Assembly (NCBI GenBank): GCA_963749655.1
Contig: CAVVOB010000017.1
Span: forward strand, 1-42,515
Length of the DNA: 42,515 nucleotides
DNA from: Nitrospirota bacterium
GTDB taxonomy: Bacteria > Nitrospirota > UBA9217
Reading direction: 5' to 3'
A program made the translations under genes and the position numbers. How positions within the stretch are numbered: the stretch's first letter is position 1; each line of letters starts with the position of its first letter. This document shows, in pieces, positions 11,768 to 22,800 of the stretch. The notes below the pieces were generated by a model. It saw nothing but the letters and a program-made list of their open reading frames with translations. It did not search any database and was not told where the DNA came from.

Positions 11768-12388
11768 ATGGAACACCGTAAGAAGACCAGGAAAGGTACA
11801 CTTGACCCATCGCCGGAGAACATCCATAAGCCGGTTCCTCCTGAGAAGCAGATCAATATCATCGTCTTTCTGCTCTCCGTTGCCGCGGCCCTTGTCGTTC
11901 TGACCTACGGACTGTATGGCCTGTTTACGGGGCACCTGCTCAGGGTCGACAAGATAACGCTCCTGTACGGCAAGATTTCGGCAGCGCGGTCCGGAAATGT
12001 CTTGCTGGCTTTTATCTTCTTCTGCCTTGCCCTTGTCTTTTTGGCCTACGCAGCGTATGGCCTACGCAGGGGCGGGTTGCGGAACATTATCCCCAGCAGG
12101 TATACTTTCAGCGACACTACGTACTATCAGGGATTGCCGATGTGGCTCCTGTTCCTTTCCTATCTCTCGCTCTCCGTATACTTCATTGTGAGCGCCGTTA
12201 CTCTTGTCTATAACGATAAACAAGGCTACGTATCTCGCGCCTCCTGGAAATGGGAGGTCCATGATGTGTTCCTGCTCCTGTGGTTAGTACTTCTCTTTGC
12301 TGCAGGGTGGCTGGACAACGCCATCGGCGGCCGTGACCTGGGGGATGTGCTGGCGTCGCTCAGGAAGCGGTTCAACGGAGACTCGTAA
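11768..12388 (+). CDS. Hypothetical 4-TM membrane protein
   Basis: AGGAGG RBS before ATG 11768 and four hydrophobic segments. Paralogous to 13541..13960. Confidence 0.75.
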   Translation: MEHRKKTRKGTLDPSPENIHKPVPPEKQINIIVFLLSVAAALVVLTYGLYGLFTGHLLRVDKITLLYGKISAARSGNVLLAFIFFCLALVFLAYAAYGLRRGGLRNIIPSRYTFSDTTYYQGLPMWLLFLSYLSLSVYFIVSAVTLVYNDKQGYVSRASWKWEVHDVFLLLWLVLLFAAGWLDNAIGGRDLGDVLASLRKRFNGDS

Positions 12389-12451
12389 GCCAAAAAGACC
12401 TTGCCGGCCAAAGGGATCACCTGTGACAAATAAACGTTTTTCGAATACAAG

Positions 12452-12582
12452 CACAACGCAGATGTCGGGGCGAGAAACGCCGACGGTGAGACAATACCGA
12501 TGCGGGCTGCGGCAGCCTTGTCCCTCGACACGGCAAAGTTCCTGCTGGAGAACAAGCAGATGTCAACGCCCGGGTCTATAAC
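12452..12582 (+). pseudogene. Degenerate ankyrin-repeat gene fragment
   Basis: Manual translation gives HNADVGARNADGETIPMRAAAALSLDTAKFLLENK, then after a 1-nt shift DVNARVYN. No start codon or RBS. Confidence 0.65.
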
Positions 12583-12653
12583 ATGCGTTCGGCTTCTTAC
12601 CGCGAGGTTACACGGCGGTCGTTGAGGAATCATATTCAGGAGAGAGGAGGGAG

Positions 12654-13442
12654 ATGAAGAAGAGAGCCGGTATTTTGATCGGATTGCTGGGAATCGGGCT
12701 TGGATTCGCTGTGACAGGTGCAGGTGAGCATCGCGCGACTGCGGCTGAAAACGCGGTTTACACGGGAAAATTGGCAATCAAGTATCCGCCTGAGATCATC
12801 ATGAAACTGCTTTTCCCCAATGCTGCAAACAAGACGGGCCCTAAAGATAAATTGACCGTGAAGGAGTGGAAATATGTTCCACGGTCGCTCGTCGTGCTCT
12901 ATTCGCCGGAAGTTCAGGAAAAAGACGCTTCGGACATTTTTTAAGACTACAAACTGGTGATCGCGGTTTTACAGGAGATCGACGGCCGACTGAGCGTCGT
13001 TGCGCGCGGCGAGGACCTGGGCGAGAGACTCCGGGATTTTTCGGATTTTAAACTCGATTTAGCCGCTTACGAGATCGGCGACAAAAACTTTGCCTTCGGG
13101 ATTCGAGGCAGCAGTGCATACTCGTCCACGAGCTATTTTAATGCGTCGACTGGTTTAACGCTCTATCGCGTCGACAAGGGTAAGATTGTGCCCATCTTAA
13201 GTGTGGAGGCCGAGAATGAATATGTGGATAAATTGGATGAGTCGTCCCCCATGTCTGAGAGCAAATCAATAGTGATCATGGACAAGGCAAAAACGGGCGG
13301 GTTCTATAACATAGTGGTTAAGACGACTGAAAAAAAAAGCAACGGCAGCGAACTGGACGCGGGTAAGTTTACGACTTCGAAGACGACAGTGACGTATGCC
13401 TGGGATGGGGCGAAATATGTGAAGGCTGCAGGAGTGAAGTAG
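12654..13442 (+). CDS. Secreted PA3715-like protein split by a frameshift near 12940
   Basis: ORF 12654..12944 has a signal peptide and GGAGG RBS and ends in a T-run. ORF 12957..13442 lacks an RBS and has LDLAAYEIGDKNFAFGIR...TYAWDGAKY. Confidence 0.65.
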
Positions 13443-13540
13443 GTTTTTTGTATTTCGCGGCCTGCGGTCGAACTGCCGGAGCGGCACCGTGCCCGGGAAT
13501 ACCTGATCGCACGATAGGAAAAACATTCGAGGAGGTCTCC

Positions 13541-13960
13541 ATGGCAAGGAACAAAGCAGACAAAAGATCAACCAACCCGTCGACGACAGAGGAACAGACG
13601 ACGGCAGTCCCTGAGAAGGACAAGAGCCGCGCGCTTCTGACCGTGGTACTGTTTCTCTGCGCCGGCCTGGGCCTGCTGGCCTATGATGTGTACGGCCTCG
13701 CTACGAACAGCCTGCGGATGCTCCTTTTCGGAAGATTCAGCAGCACCGGAGGTATTTTCTTATACGGACCGCCGTTGTGGGCGCTGTTTCTCGCCTATCT
13801 TTCCTTTTCCGTCTTCCTGATTGCAAATGCCGTTACCTATTGGGACAGGCGGGGCAACAAGGCTGTCTACGCCATGATCGACAAGGTTGGGCCCGGACTG
13901 GCGCTGATACTGTACATCGGCTCCGCTGTGCTGGCCAACAAGATGAACCTGCATCATTGA
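13541..13960 (+). CDS. Hypothetical membrane protein (paralog of 11768..12388)
   Basis: GGAGG RBS. LYGPPLWALFLAYLSFSVFLI aligns with YQGLPMWLLFLSYLSLSVYFI. Confidence 0.75.
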   Translation: MARNKADKRSTNPSTTEEQTTAVPEKDKSRALLTVVLFLCAGLGLLAYDVYGLATNSLRMLLFGRFSSTGGIFLYGPPLWALFLAYLSFSVFLIANAVTYWDRRGNKAVYAMIDKVGPGLALILYIGSAVLANKMNLHH

Positions 13961-13987
13961 GAAACGCTGTTCCGGAGAGGAGCTGCC

Positions 13988-14641
13988 ATGGCAGGGAGCG
14001 ATGCAATCAAACAATACCTGGCGCCATTGCTGGTGCTCATAGTTGCGTTGACCGCGGTACAGAGCGGGAGCGCGGCGGGACAGGCGGAACTCAGGCTGCT
14101 CGATCAGCGCAGCGCGGGCTCGACAAATGACTGCACTTACGAACTCGCAAGGCCGGACGGATCGAAGCGCAGGATCGAGGACCCCGGCTGCACAGCCGTG
14201 CTGTCCCCGGACGGAAGCATGGTCGCACTTCGTAACCATGAAGGCAAAATGGGGCTCGTACTGTACGATCCGCAAAAGGACTCCTATTCCTTCGCCATAA
14301 CCTTCCTCGCAGGCACCGATGTGGGCAGGTTCGTCTGGAGCCCTGACAGCAGAAGTCTGGCATTCACCACCGTGAACCAGAACGCGCCTGACTACCCCAC
14401 AAAGTCCAAACTCTTCATTTATGATGTGGTAAAAAAGAAAAAGGTCAAACAGGATGTCCAGGCGTTCCGCTCCTGCGGGGCCGTGTGCATCGCGAGCACG
14501 CCCGAATGGTCAGCAGACGGGAAAAAGATCAACCTAGTCGAGATAGACAGGCAGAAGATGCTGGAAGGGAAGGGCCCTTTTGAGCGGGACGCGGAATTCG
14601 ACCGGAACGGAAAGCGGCTCAGGACCTCATCCTGGCGATGA
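13988..14641 (+). CDS. Secreted TolB-like partial beta-propeller protein
   Basis: Signal peptide and PD40-like motifs LSPDGSMVA, WSPDSRSLAF, PEWSADGKKI. Confidence 0.75.
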   Translation: MAGSDAIKQYLAPLLVLIVALTAVQSGSAAGQAELRLLDQRSAGSTNDCTYELARPDGSKRRIEDPGCTAVLSPDGSMVALRNHEGKMGLVLYDPQKDSYSFAITFLAGTDVGRFVWSPDSRSLAFTTVNQNAPDYPTKSKLFIYDVVKKKKVKQDVQAFRSCGAVCIASTPEWSADGKKINLVEIDRQKMLEGKGPFERDAEFDRNGKRLRTSSWR

Positions 14642-14737
14642 ACGGGCGTCTTGAAATTGGGAGCGTATCGCCCTCAAAACTGAAACCGTTTTCCCCCATG
14701 CGCTCTGCCCTATGACCCATGCTTGAAGGAGGCTTCC

Positions 14738-15895
14738 ATGTTCCTGCGTTTCATAAAGATATTTGTCAATTGCGTGATAACCCCGCTCAGCATCTTCGCG
14801 ATCATGACCGGTATCCCCTGGATGCGTCTGCGACGTGATATGAAGCGGCTTGCAGAGCGAGCGCGGTCGCTCGGGTTCAAGGACAATGAATTCGACACAA
14901 AAACCTGGACCTGGGCCAAACTCAAGGGGAACTATAACGGCATTCCCACGGAGCTGCGCACACGCAAGGGCGTGTATCTCGGGCTGATCGTGCCGGTGAA
15001 CGTGCGGCAGCTTCGTCTCCAGCACTCGATGGATCTTCCGTCCCTGGTCGCGGCATTCGGCATGTCCTTGCCTGGTGGGGACTCCTTTGGCAAACCGTTT
15101 ACAACAGGGCACAAGGATTTCGATAACGCCTTCCCAATTCGCAGGGCGGATCCGGAGGCCGCGGACCGGATCAGCAAAGCCCGGGATCTGCACGAGGCAA
15201 CTGCTCGTTTTGCGAAGCGATATTTCTGGGCCATTACGGATTGGACCATCAGCATACGGTCGGCGGAACCGCGTTTTGATCTGCATCTGAACTATGGCCG
15301 GTATTTTCCGCGGATCTCCCCTGAACAGTTGGAGCCTTTGCTGAAGGACGCGACGGAGTTGGCAAGGCTCCTTGCCGCGGCTTTGACCACTGAAACGGAT
15401 AAACTTCAGGAATCATTGGGCAGGAAGTTCCTGAGTGAGGTCAAAGCAGGAAGGTTCGAGAGCGTGCGTTCGCTCCTGGACAAGGGCGCTGACGTGAATT
15501 ACCGGGACGACCGCTTCACGACGGCGCTGCACATGGTGTGCAGGGTGCATCAGACGGCCCTGGCGCAGCTTTTGATCGAGCGCGGCGCCGACGTACACGC
15601 CCGGGACCTTGCACGGGAGACGCCCCTGCACTCGGCGATGATGCCCCACGCGCCGCGGGAGCTGGTGGAACTGCTCCTGCGCAGCAGACCGGAGCTCGAC
15701 CTTCCCAATGTGTCGGGAGAGACGCCGCTCATGCTTGCGGCCAAGTGGGGGCTGATCGATGCTGCCGGCCTGCTCCTGGACGCGGGCGCGGATGCCGCGC
15801 TCAAGGACTATGAAGGGAATTCCGTGATCGAGCATGCGAGAAATGAGCCGCAGATCCAGGCGCGCCTCCAGTCGGCTGTCCCGGCCCTCAAATAA
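14738..15895 (+). CDS. Membrane-anchored protein with C-terminal ankyrin repeats
   Basis: AGGAGG RBS before ATG 14738, N-terminal TM, and ankyrin repeats GADVNYRD, ETPLHSA, GETPLMLAA. Confidence 0.85.
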   Translation: MFLRFIKIFVNCVITPLSIFAIMTGIPWMRLRRDMKRLAERARSLGFKDNEFDTKTWTWAKLKGNYNGIPTELRTRKGVYLGLIVPVNVRQLRLQHSMDLPSLVAAFGMSLPGGDSFGKPFTTGHKDFDNAFPIRRADPEAADRISKARDLHEATARFAKRYFWAITDWTISIRSAEPRFDLHLNYGRYFPRISPEQLEPLLKDATELARLLAAALTTETDKLQESLGRKFLSEVKAGRFESVRSLLDKGADVNYRDDRFTTALHMVCRVHQTALAQLLIERGADVHARDLARETPLHSAMMPHAPRELVELLLRSRPELDLPNVSGETPLMLAAKWGLIDAAGLLLDAGADAALKDYEGNSVIEHARNEPQIQARLQSAVPALK

Positions 15896-16118
15896 TAAGA
15901 CGGTTTGGGGCTCCGGCGAACTCGCGGGTGAAATCAAAGGGACTTGTGCATGCTTGAGAGGTGCGGAATAATAAGCAACTGAAAGCGCTCAAAGCATCTC
16001 TTGAGGAAGCAGGCGATTCAGTCAGGTCAACGAATTGCGGCCAAAAGGGTGACGGAGGCTATTCAGCTCCCGGAACAGCACCACGACGGGGTCAACGCAT
16101 AACGGAGGGCCGATATCC

Positions 16119-17519
16119 GTGGACAAAAAAAGCCATACAGTGAAGGAAGGGATAATCATACCAGTTATGCTCGTCATGCTGCTTGCAAGCGCAGATACGG
16201 CATTCGCCAACGGGTGGATGGGAGAATCCTCGTCCCTGAAGTCCGGCAACCTGATCGCGCCGCCAGGCCTCGTCCTTGTCTCGGAGCGCATCAACATTGT
16301 TCTGCTCGAAAAGGAATACAAGACCACGGTCACCTATCAGATGAGTTCGGGAAAGGGGCCGTTCTCGGGTGCTCTGTACTTTCCTGTTTTGTGCAGGCAG
16401 CGGGAAGAACAGACATCGGACGTGCCGTGCGTTTCAGACTACAAAGTCACCCTCGATGGCCGTACCATTCCGGCGATCAAGGAGGCGGCCGGGGTCCTCG
16501 GCGATTTTGAAAAAGCGTTCAAGACCAGGGTCTACGATCCGAAGCTGGTCAAAGACTATGTGGATTCTTCCTTGTATGAGGACCTGAATACCGGCAGTGA
16601 CAACAATGTCCAGGTGTTCAGCTCGCTGGTCCGGTCGGATAAAAAGGACTTTTTGCTGACGATCTCCTATCGCCAGCCTTATTATTACACCCTCTCAGGC
16701 ACCACGAAGAGCTCAATGAACAGCTATTCCGATGACCTCGTGTACTATGATTTCTCGCCGGCAGCGTCCTGGATGCGCGAAGCGGTCCCGTCGATACGGG
16801 TGGAAGTGGACGCGAAGGCAGCCGCAGGGACGCTTCGCTTTCCCGGAGGCTGGTCCTTTACGGCAAACAAGGGAATATACGCCGCGGAGCGGAAGAACGC
16901 CCGCTTTCCCGAGGTGCCTCCTCTCGTGATCGCCGTGGACCGAAAGAACCGCCAACAGTATCAGGATCATAAGAGGGCGGCGAACCCGCGGATCGGCTGG
17001 CAACTGGCCTCGGCGGATACCCTCGCCCACGCCAACAATGCATACTCTCCGTCCAAGGCCATGGATGATAACTTCAATACGTCCTGGTGCTCCGGCAAGG
17101 ACCAGCCCGAGATCGTGATGACCATCACCCCGGTATCGCAAACGGAAGCGGACCGGTCCACGCCTTGCGTTTTCGAAGGGCTGGGAATGATCAACGGGTA
17201 TATGAAGACCGCGGAGCGCTTTGAGGCGAACAGGCGGGTGAAAAGCGGACTGATCCAGATAGAAGGCGTCATGAAAGGCAGGTTCAGTCTTCCGGACCCG
17301 GACATGAGCAGGGGATTCGACCCCTTTCAGGCGCTCGTCTTTATTCTGCCGCAGAACGAGGACTCGGTCCGGATCATCGAGCCAAAGGACAATTCGGCAA
17401 GACAGATGACAAGCAGGGAATCGTTCAAGGTACGGCTGAAGATACTGGAAACCTATCAGGGGAAGAAGGACACCGATGTCTGCATCACGGAACTCTATCC
17501 TGTGTTCAATTGTTTTTAG
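16119..17519 (+). CDS. Secreted protein: DUF4424-like N-terminus plus discoidin/glycan-binding C-terminal domain
   Basis: Signal peptide ending AFA-NG, then LVSERINIVL. C-terminus YSPSKAMDDNFNTSWC...INGY.K...F..NRRVK...LKILETYQGKKDTDVCITEL. Confidence 0.7.
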   Translation: MDKKSHTVKEGIIIPVMLVMLLASADTAFANGWMGESSSLKSGNLIAPPGLVLVSERINIVLLEKEYKTTVTYQMSSGKGPFSGALYFPVLCRQREEQTSDVPCVSDYKVTLDGRTIPAIKEAAGVLGDFEKAFKTRVYDPKLVKDYVDSSLYEDLNTGSDNNVQVFSSLVRSDKKDFLLTISYRQPYYYTLSGTTKSSMNSYSDDLVYYDFSPAASWMREAVPSIRVEVDAKAAAGTLRFPGGWSFTANKGIYAAERKNARFPEVPPLVIAVDRKNRQQYQDHKRAANPRIGWQLASADTLAHANNAYSPSKAMDDNFNTSWCSGKDQPEIVMTITPVSQTEADRSTPCVFEGLGMINGYMKTAERFEANRRVKSGLIQIEGVMKGRFSLPDPDMSRGFDPFQALVFILPQNEDSVRIIEPKDNSARQMTSRESFKVRLKILETYQGKKDTDVCITELYPVFNCF

Positions 17520-18000
17520 CCTGCTGTGCTCGGGCACCGGGGCTTCCGCAGAGGCGGGCCCGACCAGGATCGGCAGGGAGATCGCGGCCATCCGGGGCGC
17601 GGCCTATGATGCCTTCGCGAACAAGGATGAAACAGAATCCGGCGCAAAGGCAAGCTGCATATCCATGGTGGTGTTCGGTCTCAGGAGACTCGGTCTCGAC
17701 TGCGGATACCGGGATTTCAAGGTCTATTACAAAGCACTGGTGAAGCAGGCATCGGTCCTGGAACCGGGGAAGACCAGGACCAGCGCCCGGGGGCTTGTCT
17801 TCTTCACCAGGGCCCACTTCGCGGCACTGTACAGCGACAGGGACGGCAACGGTGTCGTGGACCGGGAGGACGAGATCATCCATGCCTATTTTTCACCGGT
17901 GCAGGTGACCACTCTCGCTGCATGGCTGGAGCGGGACCCCGGCAGGCCGGTCTATTATATCGATCTCGAGCAGGCGTTCTCCTGTCCGGGAAGCAGGTGA
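17476..18000 (+). CDS. Hypothetical exported protein (possible NlpC/P60-like Cys/His pair)
   Basis: Overlaps the end of the previous gene and has a signal-like N-terminus. ASCISMV, HFAALY and IIHAY are reminiscent of papain-like folds (weak). Confidence 0.5.
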   Translation: MSASRNSILCSIVFSLLCSGTGASAEAGPTRIGREIAAIRGAAYDAFANKDETESGAKASCISMVVFGLRRLGLDCGYRDFKVYYKALVKQASVLEPGKTRTSARGLVFFTRAHFAALYSDRDGNGVVDREDEIIHAYFSPVQVTTLAAWLERDPGRPVYYIDLEQAFSCPGSR

Positions 18001-18061
18001 GGAAAGTGTCCGATTTTTGGGAGCAGCGGTCCGTGTGCATACACGACTAAGGAGGTTGTAC

Positions 18062-19213
18062 ATGAGAAAATACGTCGTTCTTTTATTCGCAGCAGTGGTC
18101 TGTCCCTGTTTTTCGGGACCTGTCGCAGCGGCAGGAGACAAGGCCACAGTCATCACCTACTTCAACATGACGCGGGAGGCGGAGGAGCAGATCAAGCTTG
18201 TTGACGGCAAGTGGAAGGCCGACCTGCTCAACGGGCCGGTCGATCTGACAGTGGCGGACATTGCGAACGGGTACATTGAATTCGTGGACGACGGCACCGG
18301 CGGCGGCAGGGAACGGATCTCCGCTGCCCTGTTCCTGACCAAAGACAAGGCGCCCATGCTTGCGGTGCTGGGAATAGGAAACACAGGCGGGCAGTGCCCC
18401 GACATAGCCTATACGCTTAAGACATACACGCTCCAGCAGGGGAAGCTTTCGGAAACGAAGGATGTGATGCCCGCTATGCCTTTCGAGCTGTTCTTCAAAA
18501 AAGGCTACGATCTGAAGAATAGCGTCCCTCATGTGTCTTCAGGCCGCGATTCTCGTGTCGGCTACAAGCTTCCGCAAAAAGGGACGACCGTGGAGGCGTT
18601 CCTGGATGTCTCGACTGCAGAGTGCGCTGTGGGCGCGTTCGGCGGGCAGATGTCTCCGGAACAGCGGAATGCATACAAGGATTTCCTGCAGAACGCCGTC
18701 AAGGAGCCGGTCAAGCTGAAGTGGAACAAGGCCACAGGAAGCTTCGACCTGCCGGAAGGAGTGGCTGCAGCCGCGCCTGCCAAGAGCGTTCTGCCCCGCT
18801 ATGCCGATCATCAGGTGAAGGAGCAGTTCAGCGGCAAGCCTGCTGCTCTCGATATGAAGAGCAATCCCGATGCAAAGCAGTTCGCAAGCGTGCTGAAGGA
18901 AGGCGCTGCGAAAGGTCCGGATTTCGCCGGTCATTATACGGTGGTCCTGTGGGGCTGCGGTTCGGGGTGCCAGTCCTTCATGATCGTCGATGCGAAGACC
19001 GGCTCGGTCTACACTTCCCCCGTCAGCGCGGAGCGGGGTGTCTGCTATCGCAGGGACAGCAGCCTGCTTATCGTGGACCCCATTACCAAGGATTTTGTCG
19101 GCGACGGTGAGGTGCCGGAGCGGTACAAAACGCTATACTTTCGATGGGACGGAAAGAAAATGGACCTGATCACCGAGAGCAGGTCAATGCTGCAGGATGA
19201 AAACTGCAAGTAG
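18062..19213 (+). CDS. Secreted two-domain hypothetical protein
   Basis: AAGGAGG RBS and signal peptide. Domain 1 is DIANGYIEF...YKLPQKGTTV...LKWNKATGSF; after an Ala linker, domain 2 is GPDFAGHYTVVLWGCGSGCQSFMIVDAKTG. Confidence 0.8.
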   Translation: MRKYVVLLFAAVVCPCFSGPVAAAGDKATVITYFNMTREAEEQIKLVDGKWKADLLNGPVDLTVADIANGYIEFVDDGTGGGRERISAALFLTKDKAPMLAVLGIGNTGGQCPDIAYTLKTYTLQQGKLSETKDVMPAMPFELFFKKGYDLKNSVPHVSSGRDSRVGYKLPQKGTTVEAFLDVSTAECAVGAFGGQMSPEQRNAYKDFLQNAVKEPVKLKWNKATGSFDLPEGVAAAAPAKSVLPRYADHQVKEQFSGKPAALDMKSNPDAKQFASVLKEGAAKGPDFAGHYTVVLWGCGSGCQSFMIVDAKTGSVYTSPVSAERGVCYRRDSSLLIVDPITKDFVGDGEVPERYKTLYFRWDGKKMDLITESRSMLQDENCK

Positions 19214-19338
19214 TCCCGGCAGGACTAAAGTCTGAGGACCCGTAAAATATTCCAGGACATAGCCGTGGCATTGAGAAACCATCTTGGGTATAATAAATTA
19301 CTACAGCAACGAAAACCTAAGCTGGACGAGAGGCATGT

Positions 19339-19755
19339 ATGGAATGGACGAACAAACTGGCTACGGGCATCAGGACGATCGACAGCCAGCACCAGGAGCT
19401 GTTCAAGCGGATCAATAACCTCGTTCTCGCCATAAAGCAGCAGCGCTGCAGGTCGGAGATCGACGGCACGATCAAATTCCTCGATGATTACGCGCGGATC
19501 CACTTCTCGGAAGAGGAAAAGCACATGCGCGAGACGAATTATCCGGGGATCGAAGAGCAGCAGGAGGATCACAGAAAGTACCTGTCTGCCCTCGCGGAGT
19601 TGAAGGACCAGGCGGCGCAGCCGAGGATCCAGGGGAGCTCTTATGACCTGTCGGCTGCTACGAACCAGATTGTGGTGGACTGGATCGTGGCCCACATCAT
19701 GAGGCTGGACATGAAGTTCGGCGAGTACCTGAAGAAGCGGGGGAAGGAATACTAA
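19339..19755 (+). CDS. Bacteriohemerythrin
   Basis: W...LATGIRTIDSQHQELF...HFSEEEKHM...YP...H...WIVAHIMRLDMKF signature. Confidence 0.95.
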   Translation: MEWTNKLATGIRTIDSQHQELFKRINNLVLAIKQQRCRSEIDGTIKFLDDYARIHFSEEEKHMRETNYPGIEEQQEDHRKYLSALAELKDQAAQPRIQGSSYDLSAATNQIVVDWIVAHIMRLDMKFGEYLKKRGKEY

Positions 19756-19760
19756 AAATC

Positions 19761-19860
19761 AATGCGGAATTCGGAATGCGGAATGCGGAATGAAAAATAA
19801 AGACTGAGATCTGTTTCTGCTGTTTCTTTACTCCGAATTCCGCATTCATCATTCCGCATT
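19761..19860. repeat. Inverted heptamer (GCGGAAT)n/(ATTCCGC)n palindromic element between convergent genes
   Basis: aatgcggaat-tcggaat-gcggaat-gcggaatg ... ccgaattccgcattcatcattccgcatt. Confidence 0.8.
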
Positions 19861-22800
19861 CGTCTTATCCAACACCTCTCTCACCTTCTTCAGGAAAGCC
19901 GCCGGCGTGCTCGGTTTGAGGATGAAGTCCAGCCCTGTTTCGAGGATTCCCTTTTTGTGCACGATGTCGGCGGTGTAGCCGCTCGTGAAGAGCGCCTTGA
20001 TGCCGGGCTTCAGTTTCCTGATCGCCTGGTAGGCTTCCTTCCCATTTTTCTTCGGCATGATAATGTCCAGTATCAGCAGATCGATCTTGTCGCCGTGGTC
20101 GTTGAACTTTTGGACCGCGTCCTCGCCGTCCACGGCCTCTATGACCGTATAGCCGAACGCCAGCAGCACGCTGCCGGTGAGTTTTCTGACCGCGGCATCG
20201 TCCTCGGCCAGCAGGACCGTCTCCGTCCCGTGCCGCATATCGTCCACCGCTGCGCCCGTTTCCCGGCCGGAGGCAGGGGCGATAAGCGGAAGATAGATCT
20301 TGAAGCTCGTTCCCTGGCCGGGCTCGCTGTAAACATTGATGTACCCGTTGTGCTGCTTGACGATGCCGTAGACCATGGCAAGTCCGAGCCCCGTGCCTTT
20401 CCCCACTTCCTTCGTTGTAAAGAAGGGTTCGAAGACCCTGCTCCGCACCGTTTCGTCCATCCCGATGCCCGTGTCCGTGACGCAGATGCAAACGTACGGA
20501 CCTGGTCTGGCATAGGTGTGGGTCCTGACGAATTCCTCCCCGATTTCCACCGGGCCGGTATCGATGACGAGCGAGCCGCCCTCGGGCATGGCGTCGCGGG
20601 CGTTCGTCGACAGGTTCATCAGTATCTGCTCGATCTGAACGCTGTCGGCCATCACGGTCATGTCGGCGCTGCCGAGCCGGGTCGTGAATTCGATGTCCTC
20701 GCCGATGACGCGGCAGAGCAGCTTTTCCACGCGCCGTATGATGTCGTTCACATTGACCGGCCTCAGGTCGATGATCTGCTTCCTGCTGAACGCGAGAAGG
20801 CTGTGGGTGAGATGGGCCGCGCGTTCTGCGGAGGACAGGATCTGTTCGACAAAAGTGCGCGACAAGTCCGTCGGGGGCATTTTCATCAGCAGAAGGTTCC
20901 CGTACCCGATGATGGCCGTCAGGATGTTGTTGAAGTCGTGGGCCACCCCCCCGGCGAGCTGGCCCACGGCCTCCATTTTCTGGGCCTGGCGGAGCTGGTT
21001 CTCAAGGAACTTGATCTGGGTGATGTCGGTGATCAGACCGTCGTAGGCGTTCAGCCTGCCGTCGCGGTCGTAGCGCGGCACCGGCGTGTTCCGGACCCAC
21101 AGGAGTGATCCGTTCTTATGTAAGATCCGGTGTTCGAACGGGGGAACTGCCGTCCCGGAGAGGAGTTTGGACGTCTGCTCCAGGACCATCGTCCGGTCTT
21201 CTTCGTGGATCATCCGGAACCAGAGGTCGGGGTTTGCCGCGTATTCCTCGGAGGTATAACCGGTCACGGCGATACAGCCCGGGCCGTGATGGGTCCGCAC
21301 GGCGTGGCCCTCGGCGACATCGACGGTATAGATGTAGTCCGTGACCGATTCGACGAGGCGCCGGTAGCGCCGCTCGCTTTCCATCTGGGCATGTTCGGCG
21401 CTTTTGCGCGCCGAGATATCGGAAAAGATCGTGGCAAACTGCCCTTTGGCGGGCGAGAACGCCGCGATCTCGAAGTGCTTGTCGAGCCGCTCGGCGTAGT
21501 GCTCGAAATGAACGGGTTGTCCGGTCAGCGCGACGCGTCCGTAGGTGGCGATGAAGTCCGTCTTTACTATGCCCGGCAGCACCTCGGTCGCCCGTTTGCC
21601 GATGATGCTGCCGCTCCGGATGCCGGTCATCTCTTCAAAGGCTGCATTCGCCTCGAGGAAAACGGAATCAACGGGTCTGCCCGCGGCGTCCGTGACGATC
21701 TCATGGAGGGCAAAGCCGGTGAGCGAGTGGTCAAAGAGGTTGCGGTAGCGTCTTTCACTCTCGATCAGAGCCTCCTCGGCCCGTTTACGCGGCGTAATGT
21801 CCCTGACCGCCTCGATGCCTGCGATGACGGCCCCCCCTTCGTTTCTGAGCGGAGACGAGGTGATCTCGAAATAGTGCAATCCATCCTCATGCTGCATGCT
21901 TCTTTCTGCGGTATGAACCATCCCGTCGGACAGCGACTTCGCCATCGGACAGGCTTCGCACACGGTCGTGCGGTGCTCATAGGCTTCGTAGCAGGGCTTC
22001 CCCGTGTGCTCGCCGATCAGGTTTTTGTGGACCTCGTTCTGATACAGTATCCGGAAATCCCGGTCCTGAATGCTGATCCCGTCTCCGATGGCGGCGATGA
22101 TCGCTTCGGACCGGTTCTTCTCGTTGATAAGCGCGGACTCCGCCTTTTTGCGCTCCGTGATGTCGCGGATGATGCTCTGGACAAAGCTTGCGTTGCCCCG
22201 GTCGATCAGCCGGGAGCTCACCTCGACGGGAAAGATCGTGCCGTCGTTGCGGCGATGAACGGCCTCGAATATGAACCCGTTCTGCTCGCGCACCTGCTCC
22301 ATCCGGGGAAGAGGGTCCTGCCGGGGTTCCCTGACCTCGATGTCCCTGAGGGACAGGCGGAGAAGTTCTTCGCGCGTATAGCCGTAGGCCGTGACGGCCC
22401 GGTCATTCGCCTCGATGATCCTATCCGCCTGGTCCGCGAGAAGAATGATGTCATTGGCATATTTGCTCAAGTAGTCGAACCGCTCGGACAGCGCCTTGCG
22501 GGAAAGCTCGTCCTCGTAGCGCCTGCGGGCGTACTCCGCATTCCGCTGCCGCCACCAGGCAATCGTGCTCATCCCGGCCACCGCGATCATCAGGATGATT
22601 ATCGCCGAGAGGAAGAGCGCCCGCTCCCGGAGCGGTGCAGTGATTTCCTCGCGGTCTATTTTGGAAATGAGAAGCCAGGGCGACTGGGGAACGGCGCGGA
22701 TGACCGCCAGAACCGGCACGTCCCGGTAGTCACGGGTTTCGATTACGCCATTTCCTCCCTGGGCCAGGACAGCGGAAAGCTCCTGCTTGTTCGCGAGCGG

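Noticed and set aside
2000-19213. Integron cassette array
   Set aside because: No integrase, no recurring attC-like GTTRRRY/RYYYAAC-bounded hairpins recognised, and genes lie on both strands.
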